From Gordius albopunctatus (Eukaryota), in contig OZ193910.1 in NCBI GenBank assembly GCA_964276515.1, forward strand, positions 5,456,001-5,520,000: 64,000 nucleotides of DNA. The letters are read 5' to 3'. The notes beneath the pieces were generated by a model that searched no databases, was not told the DNA's origin, and saw nothing but the letters and a program-made list of their open reading frames with translations. The translations under genes were made by a program, and so were the position numbers. Positions 26,118 through 39,180 of the stretch are shown here, piece by piece. Positions within the stretch are counted from its first letter, which is position 1. Each line of letters begins with the position of its first letter.

Positions 26118-27507
26118 CATGAGCGTAGCCAGGGGTTGGCAGGGAGGGGAGGCTGCCCCCTCTTAATCTAAAAATCCAATCAATTTGACTCTTGGTGCCC
26201 ACGTTACATCACTACTATATGAGTAAGATGACAGGCAAGTCAATAGGTGTAACAATAGATAGGCGCTAGAATCTAGTTAAAATCGGGGAGCATTAGGGAC
26301 TGTGGAACGATGCAGCTAACTTTCCTTGGAGGTCTGATCACCTTGGTTAGGCTTAATAAGGCCGTCATGCTTGCCAATTTTTTGGAGGTCTAGAGGGGGC
26401 TTGAGCCCTTCGAAGGCTACCTTGAGGATGAACGGGAACATGAACAGGTGCGGTTTTGATCGACTGGTTCTAATGGCTAGTGTCCTCGTTCGGTTGTTTA
26501 AAGATGGCCCGATGGTCATCCACAAGGGTCGGGATTATTCCTGACCCGGTATCTTAGCCCAGGTCGTCGTTGTTAATGCTGTCGGCAAAATCCGCTGGTG
26601 AATTGGGGTATTCCCTCAAAGAGAGGATGGGTGGGTGTGTAGGAATGTCGTGATTATCGGTTGGTTGTGTTGTTATGGTTAGAAGTTCCTTATTGTTGCC
26701 ACCAATGAGGAGACCCACAGTTTTTATTCCCATCGAGAGTTGGTTCTCCCGAAGTCCCAGTCTCCTACCGATTGACGATATTTCATATTATCTTTCTAAC
26801 GCGTGGTAGGGGCCACGTTCTTCTTGATGTTTCGGCTCGGCTTTTGGCCTCTGCTCCTGCCAGCTCTCTGAAAAAACTATTGTTTTTGTGGCGATCTAGG
26901 CGCCAATATCTCTACAATTTTGAATCCTATCTCTTTTAATCATGTCTGGTTGTGCTTGGTGGCTGTGTCCCAATTGTATTTGATGGCCAGGCACAGCGTT
27001 TTAAGTTAATTGTCTGCAGCTATGAGAATATCTAGCGGTGATGTTGTCAGTCATAACTGGAACATTTTTCGAGCATAATCGGATTTGTACCTGTCCCTTT
27101 TTGGACTCGCTGGTCTAGGTCTTTCAGTAGCGCTGCGAATCCCGCGACGTGCTTTTTTATTTCTTTGCACATTTCGGCGGGTGTTTTAGGTGGTTCTGGT
27201 GCTGGTATAATCTGCACTGTAGTGAGCCCCGCTATTTTGGGTGGCCTTACGACCTAGCCGAACAGGGACATCGAGTTTTGCAACATCTCTCATTATTTCT
27301 AGTTGTTGCTGATTCGCTCGTGACTCACCTTTTGCAGCTCTATTAGCTCTGTTACCAATTATGAGCCCGCACCAGGAGCCCCTGCTCTAACAATGCTCAG
27401 AATTGGTCCTCGCGAGCCTTTAGGAGTCGGGGGGTTGTAGCCGTGCGCCGTTCTGGTTTTACTTTAAGACCTCATTTTAGGTATCGAGTTAGATCTAAAA
27501 AGCGGGG

Positions 27508-28767
27508 ATCTGGAAAAGGGATTAATTTTGAGGGCTTAAGATGAGGGAGTAAAAGATGAGGACAAAAGTTAATTGCAGGCGAATTCGAGCAAATGAGACT
27601 CTTGGCGGTAGCGTTTGCTTATTTAGTGTGGCAGATCACGTGGTCGGGGGAGACGATATACTCATCTTTGCCGAGGACGAGGATGACGCACAGGACGACT
27701 TAGGCAACTTGGCAGAAATGGCAAAAGTCTGGGGATTGACCATCAACATCGCCAAGTCCTCCATCATACCAGACACAAAAATCGAGTACCCGGGCCTCAT
27801 CTTTGATTTCCAAACACACTCCATAAGATGCTCGGACGAAACCCAGAAGAGGCTTACCTACGCAGCTGATATACTATTGTTGTTCCTAGCCACAAGCACC
27901 CCGCTGAAAGATTCTCCTCAAGACTGCGGGTGATGAATTACTTTTTCTACAACCTCACGGGGATGCCTTAGTTGCTCTCAGCCTTTTACGTCTTAAGGAA
28001 TTAAAATGGGTCCCCACACAATCGGCCAGCTGGAAAAGCCAAACTACAAGGATGCCTAACCGTACTCAAGCAGAAAATACCCCTTCATCATAACGCGGAT
28101 ACGGTCATCTACGCCGACCTCTCAGACTCACATATTGCCATCGCCTGGCACGATCTAAGATTCTCCGTCACCTTTGAAGAGACGGCCAATGCCATCAGCA
28201 TCCATTGGACAAGTACCGGTCATATCACAGCAAGAAAAACCTTAGCGGCGATATAAGCCTATCTTCACGCTTTCTACAGCGGATATCGTTTCCCCAAGGT
28301 CATCACTGACTCGACCACTGCCTACTTTGTCCTAAATAAGGGAGGATAGATCTCCCTGGTGGTGGAAAACATCGTAAATAACTTCGTAGCATCGTACAAC
28401 CTGTCTCACTTATTACGACTTTATTTAAACCTAGAATGGGTATCAAACAGCAACCACCCCGCCGATAAGGACTCCAAGAGATACGTAGTCCCCGACCAAG
28501 TCTCTAACAAAGTACCCGAAGGAACGATAATGCTGGACCTAGAACCAGACGAAGGAGACAAAATATCTAGGGTTTAAGGAAAGCGAATTTTTGAACGGGA
28601 TCGATGAGGAAAAGGGAGCAATAAATCGCGCGATCACGTGATCTGCGACATTATATAAGCAAAAGCTGCCGCCAAAATTCTCATTCGCTCGCTTTCGCCC
28701 GCTATTACCTTTTGTCCTCATCTTTTTTCCCCCCGTCTTTAACCCTCGAAATTCGCTTTCTCCACAT
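27508..28767. repeat. ~140-bp imperfect inverted repeat pair (27508-27646 and 28630-28767)
   Basis: AAAAGATGAGGACAAAAG.TAAT.GC.GGCGAA...TTGGCGG.AGC.TTTGCTTAT...GCAGATCACGTG.TCG on plus at left and on minus at right; roughly 75-80% identical by eye. Confidence 0.88.
28635..28686 (+). promoter_or_regulatory. Putative Pol II core promoter in the retroelement terminal repeat
   Basis: CACGTG (28635-28640), TATATAAG (28652-28659) and Inr-like TCATTC (28681-28686) at ~31-nt TATA-to-start spacing; the same layout is kept in the other copy on the minus strand (TAAATAAG...TCATTT). Confidence 0.5.
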
Positions 28768-29782
28768 ATATTTTTACAAAATGTTAGCCATATTTACCGC
28801 TGATTATATTCATGCGTTTAACGCATTAATAAAAGCCCCCGGTGAAACAAATTGCGTAAAAGGGAATCCGAGACAAGGGAATAACCCTGCTCTCAGATTT
28901 CAATAATCTGTTAAAAATATAGGGGGATAAAAGGCATGTTAAAGAATACAGGTTTTAATTGCTATGCAATTTATGGCCTCGCTTTTGGGTCCGTCCCTTC
29001 ACCCTGCCCAACTTGTACTTTTTCAATAATTTCCATGGAAACTTATACGGGGTTTTAATGGCTGTGGACTTATGCCTCTGTAAAAATTTTTTATTTGCTT
29101 ATACAAATAAACTAGCTATTGACCGCTGGTTGGCTTTAATTTTTTCGACCTCGCGCGAGCCCAAACTACATTATTGTTTATGGGCCCGAATGTACCTTTA
29201 TACATAAATTTCTTTGGGCAGCTTGTCTAGGTTGTTAAAATACATCGGTTAATTGCAAAACTGTCTAAATAATTATCTGCAATTTATAATGACCTTCCTT
29301 CATCTGACTCCGGCCAAAGCCCAAAATTCTATTTTATTCTTTTGTCTGCAGCCCCCCCCCCTTTTTTTATAGTAAAATAATAGATAATTAAATTAATATA
29401 TAGGTACAAGTGGATGTGTTTGATATAAGCTTCGCATATTTGCTGTTACCGTTACTGAATAAAGGTTGAAGACTAATTATAATTTAAAATAAATTAAGTG
29501 TGATGAGAATATAAACATTTAAGCAGTTCCTGATTTAGGTAATCCTCCTATAGATATAGCGGTAAATTAAGACAAAAAGTTAAAAGAAAACATAATATAA
29601 GAACAAATCGGCATATTAAATTTTAAAAATAAACAAATAATAATTTGCTCGCGGCACTTAATTAATCCATTTAAATTTGTTATAAAATCGTTAGATATAG
29701 CACTATAAAAGATTAATCTAGCATTAATAATATATGCACAACAATTATTGTTGTATAAAAGTTAATAACTATGATTGACTGA

Positions 29783-31555
29783 ATGTATTATAAATTTGTT
29801 ATTTGTTGTTTGAAGCTAAATATTGCATATTGCGTATCCATATTTTATGACACCCGTGAGTATAATAAAACTAAAATATATATTAATTTTGCAGATACCG
29901 AAAGCACAATCAAGCCAATAATACTAATGAATAAACTTGATTTCACCACATATGGATCTTTAGTCAAAAATTGGGTGATTGAATCATTAGGAGCTCACCC
30001 ACTAAATAACTCTAATATCAACGACGACCTGTTTTATCCTGCACTTTTTTACCAAAAAGATCACATGAAGCAATTTTATGATTTAAAATGGAAAAAGGAG
30101 AATACAAGTTAGGTTTTTCTCCAACAGTTATCTTAATCTGATCAAATTTATTAATTGTAAAAGATATAGATTTGCATTTATTTCAATAAAAGGTGTTTAT
30201 CTAATTTGATTTAACCGGTAATTTAAGGTAAAATATTCCTTTTATAAGTATTTGGACTATAATTTGGCCTAATTTTGATTACTTTATGTTTCTAGAATCA
30301 TTAACAATTTGTCGTTTGTTTACTTTTAATAGTTAACCTATTATAAAAAGGTGTAATTCCCCCTGAATCTCAAGAGATGCTGTTGCAAAAGTACCTAGAT
30401 TATTTTAAAGCTCTTAACGAAGAAAACTACAAAAATGAGGAGATGAATGCCGAAGATATACCATTTGTCATGTTAGACGATAGAAAAATCCCTCCTAAAC
30501 ATTTTCAAACCAACAATTTCACGATTTCTACTGATGTGAACGGCAGCAATATTACTAACCAAACCACTGAGTTTAATATCGCCACTACAGAGTTTTTATT
30601 AAATGTAACTGAGTTGCATTCAAGGCAAGAAATATACGATCACGCACTCGGTCATTTGCTAAAACAAAATCTTCTTTACAAAAATACCCAAGCATATACA
30701 TCTAATTACGTGTATACTCCAACCCTATCCCATCAAAGCGTCATACACAAAGTAACAAACGTCATCAATAGTAGCGAAGATAATCTACCTCTGCCTATAA
30801 CAAATAAAAATAACTGTACATTCAACGTGACACTGAATTTATGTAATCCTGCAATCAATCATCCCTTTCCACTATTCAATAGCGATTTTGATCAAAATAT
30901 ATTGAGAAACATATTAGTAGCTCAAACTAAATTATTAAATATGCTGTCTGCTAATCCCAAAATCTGGCGTGATCGTATGGGTATTGTTACTAATAATACG
31001 GAAGGTGAAACCAGAGCGCAAAATCCAAATCCGCCTTTATCAACTAAAGACAAAGTGTTTAATGTGACTCGTCCAAATAGACACAATGGTAATTTAAATA
31101 AGAGTGGTAAACCATGCAGGAGCAAGCCACAAACAACATTTAGCGATCAACGTAACTCTCAATCAAAATTTAATCCAACTATAATCAGTATTTTTGAGCA
31201 TAATTATTCCATATTTAAAAAATCTCACAAAACTACCCGTTTGCCTCACAGTTATTTTACTAAACCCATTACAGATGATGAAGCACTGATCAGCCAACAG
31301 TCAAATTTTCAAAATTTTAAGCATAATTTAATTCTAAATGACTCAGTTGCACCTTCTTCTTGGTCAGAGATTAAAATTTTTAAACGAAATGACACCAATG
31401 AAATAGTTTTGGTCAACGATAAGGCCATTTATAATCTTACAAGTAATCCAAATAAAGACAAAATTGTTGAATCTATAATAAAGAAGTTTTTGAGAAATGA
31501 TCATCTGCAGAAAAAAGTTGAAAGCCTACAAAGGTACCTCATAGAAAACAATTAG
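29783..31555 (+). CDS. Uncharacterised, probably secreted Asn/Thr-rich glycoprotein, 3 exons, ~496 aa
   Basis: Exons 29783-29855, 29895-30107 and 30351-31555 with phase-1 GT-AG junctions; hydrophobic N-terminus MYYKFVICCLKLNIAYC; 392-aa ORF in very AT-rich DNA; many N-x-S/T sequons; no recognised domain. Confidence 0.65.
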
Positions 31556-31851
31556 TGATGAAATTAAGGTTGAAAATCCTATACATTATTTTGTCACTCA
31601 TTGATTCAATATATTAATAATAAAACCAACATAATTTAAGATAATTTGAAATTTAGAGCACAATTAAAATTTAAAACTCTATAGCCCGCTTTTCAGTAAC
31701 TATTTTATATTATACAATTAAAATTTAACGCAATAAAATTATTATTTACAATAATAGCTCTTCCTATGTGTAAGTTTTTTTTAAGTTCACTTGAACTCGT
31801 ATGTTTTTAAGTCCATATCAATATTAGATTCGCAAATTTTAAATCTTCCTT

Positions 31852-32439
31852 TAGAGGCCTGCACGGGTGACCCGAAACGCGACCCGGACCCTAACCGACA
31901 TGCTTTCAGGTTATATTTAACGTTTCGAGTAAAAGGTTATGAATCTTGTTCATTTAAATCAGATAGTTTTATTTTGGACGCAAATTTAAATTTGACTCGC
32001 AATAAGTAAAATATATCAACAAATTAATAAATTGCATAGCAATTAATATTTTTGAATTGTATTTAAATAATGTGAAGTGGTAGTTAATTATTAATTAAAA
32101 CTACATAAATATATTCATATACCAAAATGGGTGACCCGATTTTTGAGATAGTATCATATTTATACATCACTTTAATGAATCATTTAAATAAAATTAGTAA
32201 TCAAAATTTGTGGTATCAATTAGTTTTATAAATCGCACTTTAAATTGTCAATTAAATTTTACACGCCGCATTTTTCTTTAATCTGTTCGGGACTAAATTT
32301 GAGACGCGTTCTGGAGGGATTTGGGTTCAGGTTGAAAATTTTAAAATGCTTTCGGGTCAAACGAGTGCGAAATTAAAATTTAAAAAAAATTCGGGTCGGG
32401 TAGGGTTCAGGTTGAAAAAAGTGACTTTGCAGTTCTCTA
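31852..32439 (+). mobile_element. Degenerate hAT-type MITE related to 13779-14705
   Basis: Ends TAGAGGCCTGCACGGGTGA / GACTTTGCAGTTCTCTA; TCGGGTCGGG subterminal repeats; TSD not preserved. Confidence 0.7.
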
Positions 32440-35400
32440 TTTCTCTCTTTTGTTTACTTTTGACTTTCACGTAAGCATGCGAATTTAGAAGTCTGCAATG
32501 GGACTCTTTAGGCAATCAGCCAGCCTGTTACAAATATATAGACCCTAGGCAGGGTCCGGACCCATCCGATTAATAAATTATAGACCCAGATCGCTAATTT
32601 ATTGCAAAGTCCAAGCCTGAGACCTAAACAAAAACTATTATTTTGCACCTTTTAATATACGATTGTAATTTTTTTATTGAATAAAATATATATATGTTAA
32701 AGATGTTAATAATAACCAGGTAAAAATTATAATTATCAAATAATTATTCTACTCTAAAGTTTATAGATTTTTAAAGAATATGATTGGACTGGCCACGTCT
32801 GTATACAGTCTTTAACACTTATCAATTAGAAATGCGCGTTAAGTTATTGATAAATATAATTCAATTTTTATTGTTAATTTAATAAGCATTCAATAACTAT
32901 AAATCAATATAAAACATCATAAAACACATATTTGTTTATACTTTATTATATACAAAAATTACATATGATTTTTTTAAAGGAAAGATAGGGAAGGGGGGAA
33001 TAAGACAACCATTGTCAGCCTCAGCACTCAGCAGTGGTAGTAGTAGTATTAATAGAGTAGATAAACAACAACGCGCACTTCTTTCCTAGTGTTAAAGGTA
33101 AGGGAGGGCGACCTCAAGTCTGGAATGATTTGCCGATATAAAAAGATATATTTAAAATTCCTCTCCTCTTTATCTACAAATCAAATCTATTAAACCAAAT
33201 CTTTACTGATTAATTTGCAAGTTATTAACCTTTAAAAAACGCTGAAATTGCTGTTTTTGGCAACTTTGACAACGAATATTTAAAAAACTTGACCTATAGA
33301 AAAACAACTAAAAATAAATTTGTGTTTACCGTTAAAAACTCTAGCAGAATCTACAGTTTGCCGATTGATTTTTCTAGTTAAACCGTGTTATTTAAAAGTT
33401 TAAGCTAAGTTATAGGAAGCTAATTATCAATTATTACATTGAAAATTGTTAGACGATTCTGCCCTTTCCTGGACAGAACGGTGACATCCATTTTTACGAT
33501 GACAACTATTATTAATAACACCTCCATTGGAACCTGAATTATAGTCATGCAGGGGGGGGGTAGAATCCATTAACTCTCCGTAAATTAGGTGGAGTCCTGA
33601 TGACCCCAGAGCGTTTAAAAATGCTTTACAAAGCAAGTAAGTGATTTTTATATTTTCATTATTTCAGTCGCTTAATAAAATTTATTCAAGAAAATCTCCA
33701 TAAAATTTGGCTTGTTTTTATCCAGCAGTTTTTAAGTTAAAGAGGTTTTAGATGCCCGGGGTCTTCCATGATACCACCGTCTACAATATAAAATAAAATA
33801 AACGTTTTAAATTTATTTTTTAATATATTATTTAAAACCATGATTCTAAACCTATTTGTGAAAAAGATTTTATTTACATTTCCTTTTATTTGAGATATTT
33901 AAATTTTTAACTTAGATTTTGACACGTTTATTCTTCCTCGTGGTAATTGCTTATTTGTGTATATTTTCCTGCGCAATTTAATATTTAAGCATTTCTAACC
34001 TTTAAAAGTGCAATATGTTTGATAATTTTTTGTCTAAACCTGGTATATATATAACAAATATAACATTTGATCTGGTGGTACCATATAAATAAACCTTAAA
34101 AATGAGTTTGAGGAGTTTTACTATAAAGTTAATATTATTAAAGTTAAGGAATTTAATAGTCTAAAAAATCAAAAAATAATAAACTTGAATTATTTATGTC
34201 TGTTTATAAAGTAAGTTAATTTAAACTTTCTTCCTAATCTAAAATAAATCAAATTTGAAACTAATAAATATGTGTATTAGAATGTCATTTTTTTAAACAA
34301 AATTAACTATATTTAATGTCTGTTTTAAGATATCACATGTAGTTTTTTTCATATGCTCAAATCTAACCTTCAATGATGTATTTCTATTATAAAAATTTAA
34401 AATGTAGTTAAAGAATTACTGAAAAAATGGATTGCGAATAACAGAGACTTTCCTGTTTCAACAAACAGAGGGTCAAAATTTCTATGAGTTTGTACAACTC
34501 TATTTTTTTTGTTTTTAGGTTTTTATTACGAAATTTTCTACATTTCTAGTTCCAATATTATTTTATATTGTCTTATTATTTGAGCTATTAAATTAAAGAA
34601 ATTATTTTTGGTATGAGCCAAATTAGTCACAGAGGGGAATATTTTGGAGGTCGTAATTGTTGATATAAAATTACAACCACTTGATAAAATAACCAAAATA
34701 ATATATTAATTTGCTGATAAAAGTCATTATCCTTCTAGAATTTGAAAAGTTTAAAATTTAATACAACAATTTATAGCTATTTATGGTCTGGGGTTATTAT
34801 GACCCCCTTTAGATCAGTGTTAACATTTTGACCTGACCAGTTGAGGGTTAAAACAATTTTAATTTTGCAACCCCCTAAATATAAAAATAGAAGAATTAAG
34901 CATTATTTATCAATAATTAATGCATATTAGCAAATGAATTTCCGATCGAGATGAAAGAAACTGATTAAAACAATCCCCATGACTGTGGGACCAAATGCTT
35001 GATAAAGAAGAAGAAGAAGATTCTCAAATAATCAGGGAAGGGAGGGAGACTAAAAGTCTAGAGCGATATTGTAATATATGATATTAGGAATAAGTTTATT
35101 AGATTAAACTTAGGAACCGCATTTTTTTACATTTTAAATACTTAAATGCCAACCTCAATTTTGACCTATTTGTTTTTGCAGTTTACATATTCAAAAAGGA
35201 GCAAAAACGCTTATTTTTTTACAACTTTAACCCTAATTGCAAAAACTAGACGCTTAGAATAAAAACAATAAACATATTTGTGTTTACCCAAAAAACTAGA
35301 TTAAAGTTAGTTTACCATTTATCAATTTATCTTACAAGACTACACGGTGGTGACAAGGGCTATTTGTATGCAAAGAAATGTCTTATAATCGTTATTTTGT

Positions 35401-36036
35401 TAAAAAAAGGCAATATTAACAAAACCTATATAAGCTGGCGAATGCATCTAATTTAGCTTCTATATATTTTTCTAATTATTTAACTTTTCAACGGCTCGTT
35501 TTAATAATCTTACCATTAAAAACAGTAAGTTAATTGAGCAATATGTAAAACATCATGAAATTGAATCAATTTTATCGTTTCCCATTGTTTATCTAAAAAA
35601 TAAATCATAATAAAAGAAAGATTTTGTGAAAAAAATAGTACATATTGATAGTTTAAATTTTATAATAGATTGTTTTTGGGTAGCGTAAAATAATATCTGA
35701 CTGGAAAATTAACTTTGAAAATAATATAACAAGTACCCTGGGGAATATATGCCTTCAAACTTTTAATAAACATATTTTATGGCTAAAATTATGAAATTAA
35801 TACGCTATAGTCAGAACTTTAAAACCACCCTTTATTCTAGCAAATAAAAACTCTTTATGGCAAATTTCAAAAAATGTGAGCATTAGATGAATAATTCATC
35901 TACTGCACAAAAATTGTAATTTAAACATTATATAAGTATATCTATTATATAAAACAATATAAAGTATTGTAAATGCATATTAACTTATTATAAAGCATTT
36001 AATCTAACATATGAAAGAAAATATATAGGCAGCAAT

Positions 36037-36246
36037 TGTAGAGAGGTAATAGGAGTGCGAAGTGCCTCCGGGGATACGTTAGTTACGTGTGTTGTCGTTA
36101 TTTACCCGTCTGTTGTCAATCAAATTATCATTAATTAGTTGTAACTTATATATGCGTTTGATATACACGTCTCACTCACTTACTATTTTCTTACTATTGT
36201 GATATCCTTTCGTAACGTGTTTTGGAGATTATTTCCCCGCCCCTTA
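36037..36246 (+). repeat. 5' LTR (last ~3 nt lost to deletion)
   Basis: Starts TGTAGAGAGG; matches 38593-38802 with 7 mismatches. Confidence 0.93.
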
Positions 36247-36963
36247 CGTGAAACCTACGCGGAGATGCAGAAATATAAAACTACGGCGAACATCGACGCT
36301 TTTATAACACAATTTGAGCTATTCCTAAGGAGCAATAAGACGGAGATAGATGAGCAAAAAGCAGCTCTATTATTAACCAGCCTGGATGGGGAGGCATTCC
36401 AATTAATACTAGAGGATTATATATCTCAAGAGTTGACGGGAATTACATATGAAGAAGCTAAAAATCGGTTAAGAACATTATTCAAGAGGAATTCATGCGC
36501 GAGGGCAAACAGGTTTGAATTCTCAAAGGTTCGACAAGGCCAGGGAGAGACGATAGACGCGTACGCTAATAGACTCAAGGCCGGAGCTAACAGCTGCAAC
36601 TTCGGGAACGAAGAGTTGCAGAACCTTTTTGGGATACGTAATAAGTAACAAGGGGATTCAAATCAACGACAATAAAGCCGAACTAGTCAAGCAGTGTAAG
36701 AATTTAACAAACAAAAATGAAATAAAATCCTTCCTTGGGTTAACAGCATATTTTTCAAGGTTCATTAAGGACTAGAAAAAAACGTGATGTACCACTGAGG
36801 TAAAGAACAACAAGGCGCATTTGAAGCCATCAAGTCCGCGCTTACGAAAGCCCCCGTACTGGCATATTTTAATGGAGATTGGGAGACGGGCCTGGTCGTA
36901 GACGCCTCTGGAACAGGATTAGGTGCCATCTTACAACAACGAGAACCAGAAGAAAATTGGAGA

Positions 36964-38271
36964 GTGGTGGCCTATGCTTCAAGAGCGTTAAATGATAGCG
37001 AAAGCCGATATTCGACGATCGAACGAGAGGCGCTTGCGGTGGTGTATGGACTAAAAAAGTTCAATGAATATATACATGGACCAAGGGTGACTATTATGAC
37101 GGATCATAGACCGCTAGTTTATATATTTGATCACAGCAAAAGGGGCAAGGAACAATGGTCACCACGTCTAACTAGGTGGGCGCTCATGGTATCAGGCTAC
37201 ACGACCAAGTTTGAGTACAAAAAGGGATCCAAAAACGCGGCAGATTTCTTGTCTAGAAAACCAAACGAAAACGCGTATCAGTTTAGCAAGGAAATGCCAG
37301 AAGACACGAAGAATCCGTTTATATCATTGGACGTAGTAAGACAACACACCTTGAAAGATCCGGGGCTACGTCAATTTAAAGAGTGGATTAGAGGTAAACA
37401 AAACACAATGGTCACGTATGGTCTAAAACGCTCCTACGAAAAACACCTGCCAAAGTTACATGAAGCCAAAAACATAATATTTTACAAAGGACGACGAATA
37501 TTAATTCCGGCTAAGTTACGAGGAGCGGTGCTCCAAAGACTACATAAGGGCCACGTGGGGATCAAGCGAATGCAAGAAGTGGCGCGGCAGTATATATGGT
37601 GGCCTACGCTCGACGATGACTTAGTGAGCGTAGCGAAAGAGTGCCGGGATTGCAATTACAGGGCCGCGGCGGCGAAGAAGGCACCGTTGATAGAGTGTCA
37701 ACCTAGCCATAAACCATGGGTCCAATTACATATCGATATCATGGGTCCTCTCAAGGGTAAGTCATACCTGGTGATGGTGGACAATAGCTCGAAATGGGTA
37801 GAGGTGTTTAAATTAGAAGACACCACATCGACAACAATTATAAAAAAGCTGGCCGAAACGTTTGCTAGATTTGTAAATCCACCATGGTTAATATCAGATA
37901 ACGGCCCGCAATTCAAAGGGCAGGAATCACAGAATTTTTGCAAGATGAGAGGGATTAATCAGCGATGGACAGCTCCGTACCATCATGCGTCGAACGGTTT
38001 GGCAGAAAGGTATGTACGATCAATTAAAGAAACCATCATTAGGAACGAGTGGGAAGTAGGGCTAAGTAGGTTTTTGGAAAACTACAGATCTACAAGACAC
38101 CCCGCAACGAATAAAAGCCCGGCAGAGATGATGGTAAAAAGGCATATGCGAACCGAATGGAAGGTATTGAGGGAAACCGTACCACAACAATGCGTAGAGA
38201 CCGTTAACCCGCGAATGTTCAACGTAGGAGACTTGGTTTGGGTACGCATGTTTTTGAGTCTAAGCAAATGA
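36964..38271 (+). CDS. Gypsy pol fragment: RNase H plus integrase
   Basis: VAYASRAL, YSTIEREALAVVYG, TDHRPL, NAADFLSR; HKGHVG...CRDC zinc finger; HIDIMGP, SDNGPQF, SNGLAERYVR (DDE). Confidence 0.9.
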   Translation: MVAYASRALNDSESRYSTIEREALAVVYGLKKFNEYIHGPRVTIMTDHRPLVYIFDHSKRGKEQWSPRLTRWALMVSGYTTKFEYKKGSKNAADFLSRKPNENAYQFSKEMPEDTKNPFISLDVVRQHTLKDPGLRQFKEWIRGKQNTMVTYGLKRSYEKHLPKLHEAKNIIFYKGRRILIPAKLRGAVLQRLHKGHVGIKRMQEVARQYIWWPTLDDDLVSVAKECRDCNYRAAAAKKAPLIECQPSHKPWVQLHIDIMGPLKGKSYLVMVDNSSKWVEVFKLEDTTSTTIIKKLAETFARFVNPPWLISDNGPQFKGQESQNFCKMRGINQRWTAPYHHASNGLAERYVRSIKETIIRNEWEVGLSRFLENYRSTRHPATNKSPAEMMVKRHMRTEWKVLRETVPQQCVETVNPRMFNVGDLVWVRMFLSLSK

Positions 38272-38592
38272 AGCCAAACACGGGAGTCGTTCCTACGATG
38301 TATGGGCACAGGGAAGAAAGCACCACAAACACGTGGATCAAGTAAGGAAACGTAAAATCCTGGATTGGACCACTCTGGGACAAGAGAACGGGTGGCCACG
38401 AAGAATAGCATCAGAAATGGAAGAGGGAACAAATACCCACAGGGAACAAATACAAAACAGGGGAACAAGTGCTACAAGGGAACAAAGTCAAAACCAGTCA
38501 GAAACGCCTAGAGAAGAACATAGATACCCACAGCATAGTCGGAAACCGCCAGCATTCCTTAAGGATTTTGTCTGTGAAAGGGGGGGGGGAAC

Positions 38593-38805
38593 TGTAGAGA
38601 GGTAATAGGAGTGCGAAGTGCCTCCGGGGATACGTTAGTTACGTGTGTTGCCGGTATTTACCTGTGTGTTGTAGATCAAATTATCATTAATTAGTTGTAA
38701 CTTATATATGCGTTTGATATACACGTCTCACTCACTTACTATTTTCTTACTATTGTGATATTCTTTCGTAACGTGTTTTGGAGATTATTTCCCCGCCCCT
38801 TAACA
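38593..38805 (+). repeat. 3' LTR
   Basis: TG...CA ends, preceded by PPT, followed by TSD GCAAT. Confidence 0.95.
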
Positions 38806-38987
38806 GCAATAAAAATTTGAACTTCATATATTATATGCTTAATGAAAGAAAATATATATGCAGCAATAAAAAAGTTACTTTTAAAGCGTTTTTAACATGA
38901 TCAAATATAAAATTAATTAGTTATAAGCATTATTTGCAAACCTTAGATTCCGTGAGTGTTAGACCAGTTGAGCAAATACGTAATAGG

Positions 38988-39180
38988 GGTCACAGTAGCA
39001 CAGAAATGAGTAGCACAAATATTTAAAAAAATTATATCTTTTCATATAGTATATATATAAGCATTAAAATTAAGAACACTAACCCTAACCCTGAGCCTAT
39101 CCTAATATTTTCCATATACTATATGAAAAGTTATAATTGTTTTAAATATTTGTGCTACTTTTTCCTGTGCTACTTTGACC
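38988..39180. repeat. Foldback/MITE-like palindrome with ~75-bp arms and TAACCC-containing spacer
   Basis: GGTCACAGTAGCACAG...GTAGCACAAATATTTAAAA...CTTTTCATATAGTATAT versus ATATACTATATGAAAAG...TTTTAAATATTTGTGCTAC...CTGTGCTACTTTGACC; spacer contains TAACCCTAACCCTGAGCC. Confidence 0.8.

Larger units (their letters stand above)
26290..28767. mobile_element. Rearranged, pseudogenised DIRS-like retroelement (gag-like ORF on minus, RT-RNaseH on plus)
   Basis: Plus 27647-28577: GDDILIFA, WGLTINIAKSSIIPDTKIEYPGLIFD (RT); IYADLS, HITARKTLAA, ITDSTTAYFVLNKGG, WVSNSNHPADKDSKR (DIRS-type RNase H). Minus ~27360-26800: degenerate ORF with TLCLAIKYNWDTATK, reminiscent of DIRS gag. Locally higher GC content. 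Confidence 0.7.
36037..38805 (+). mobile_element. Ty3/Gypsy LTR retrotransposon, internally deleted
   Basis: Two ~210-bp LTRs, 5-bp TSD GCAAT (36032-36036, 38806-38810), polypurine tract 38576-38592, gag remnant ~36250-36648, RT-end/RNase H/integrase order typical of Gypsy; PBS, protease and most of RT deleted. Confidence 0.95.

Noticed and set aside
27556..27646. Paralogous peptides MRTKVN.../MRTKGN... (27556 plus, 28721 minus) as a duplicated gene
   Set aside because: They are translations of the non-coding terminal repeat pair.
39080..39092. Interstitial telomere
   Set aside because: Only two TAACCC units, inside a foldback element.
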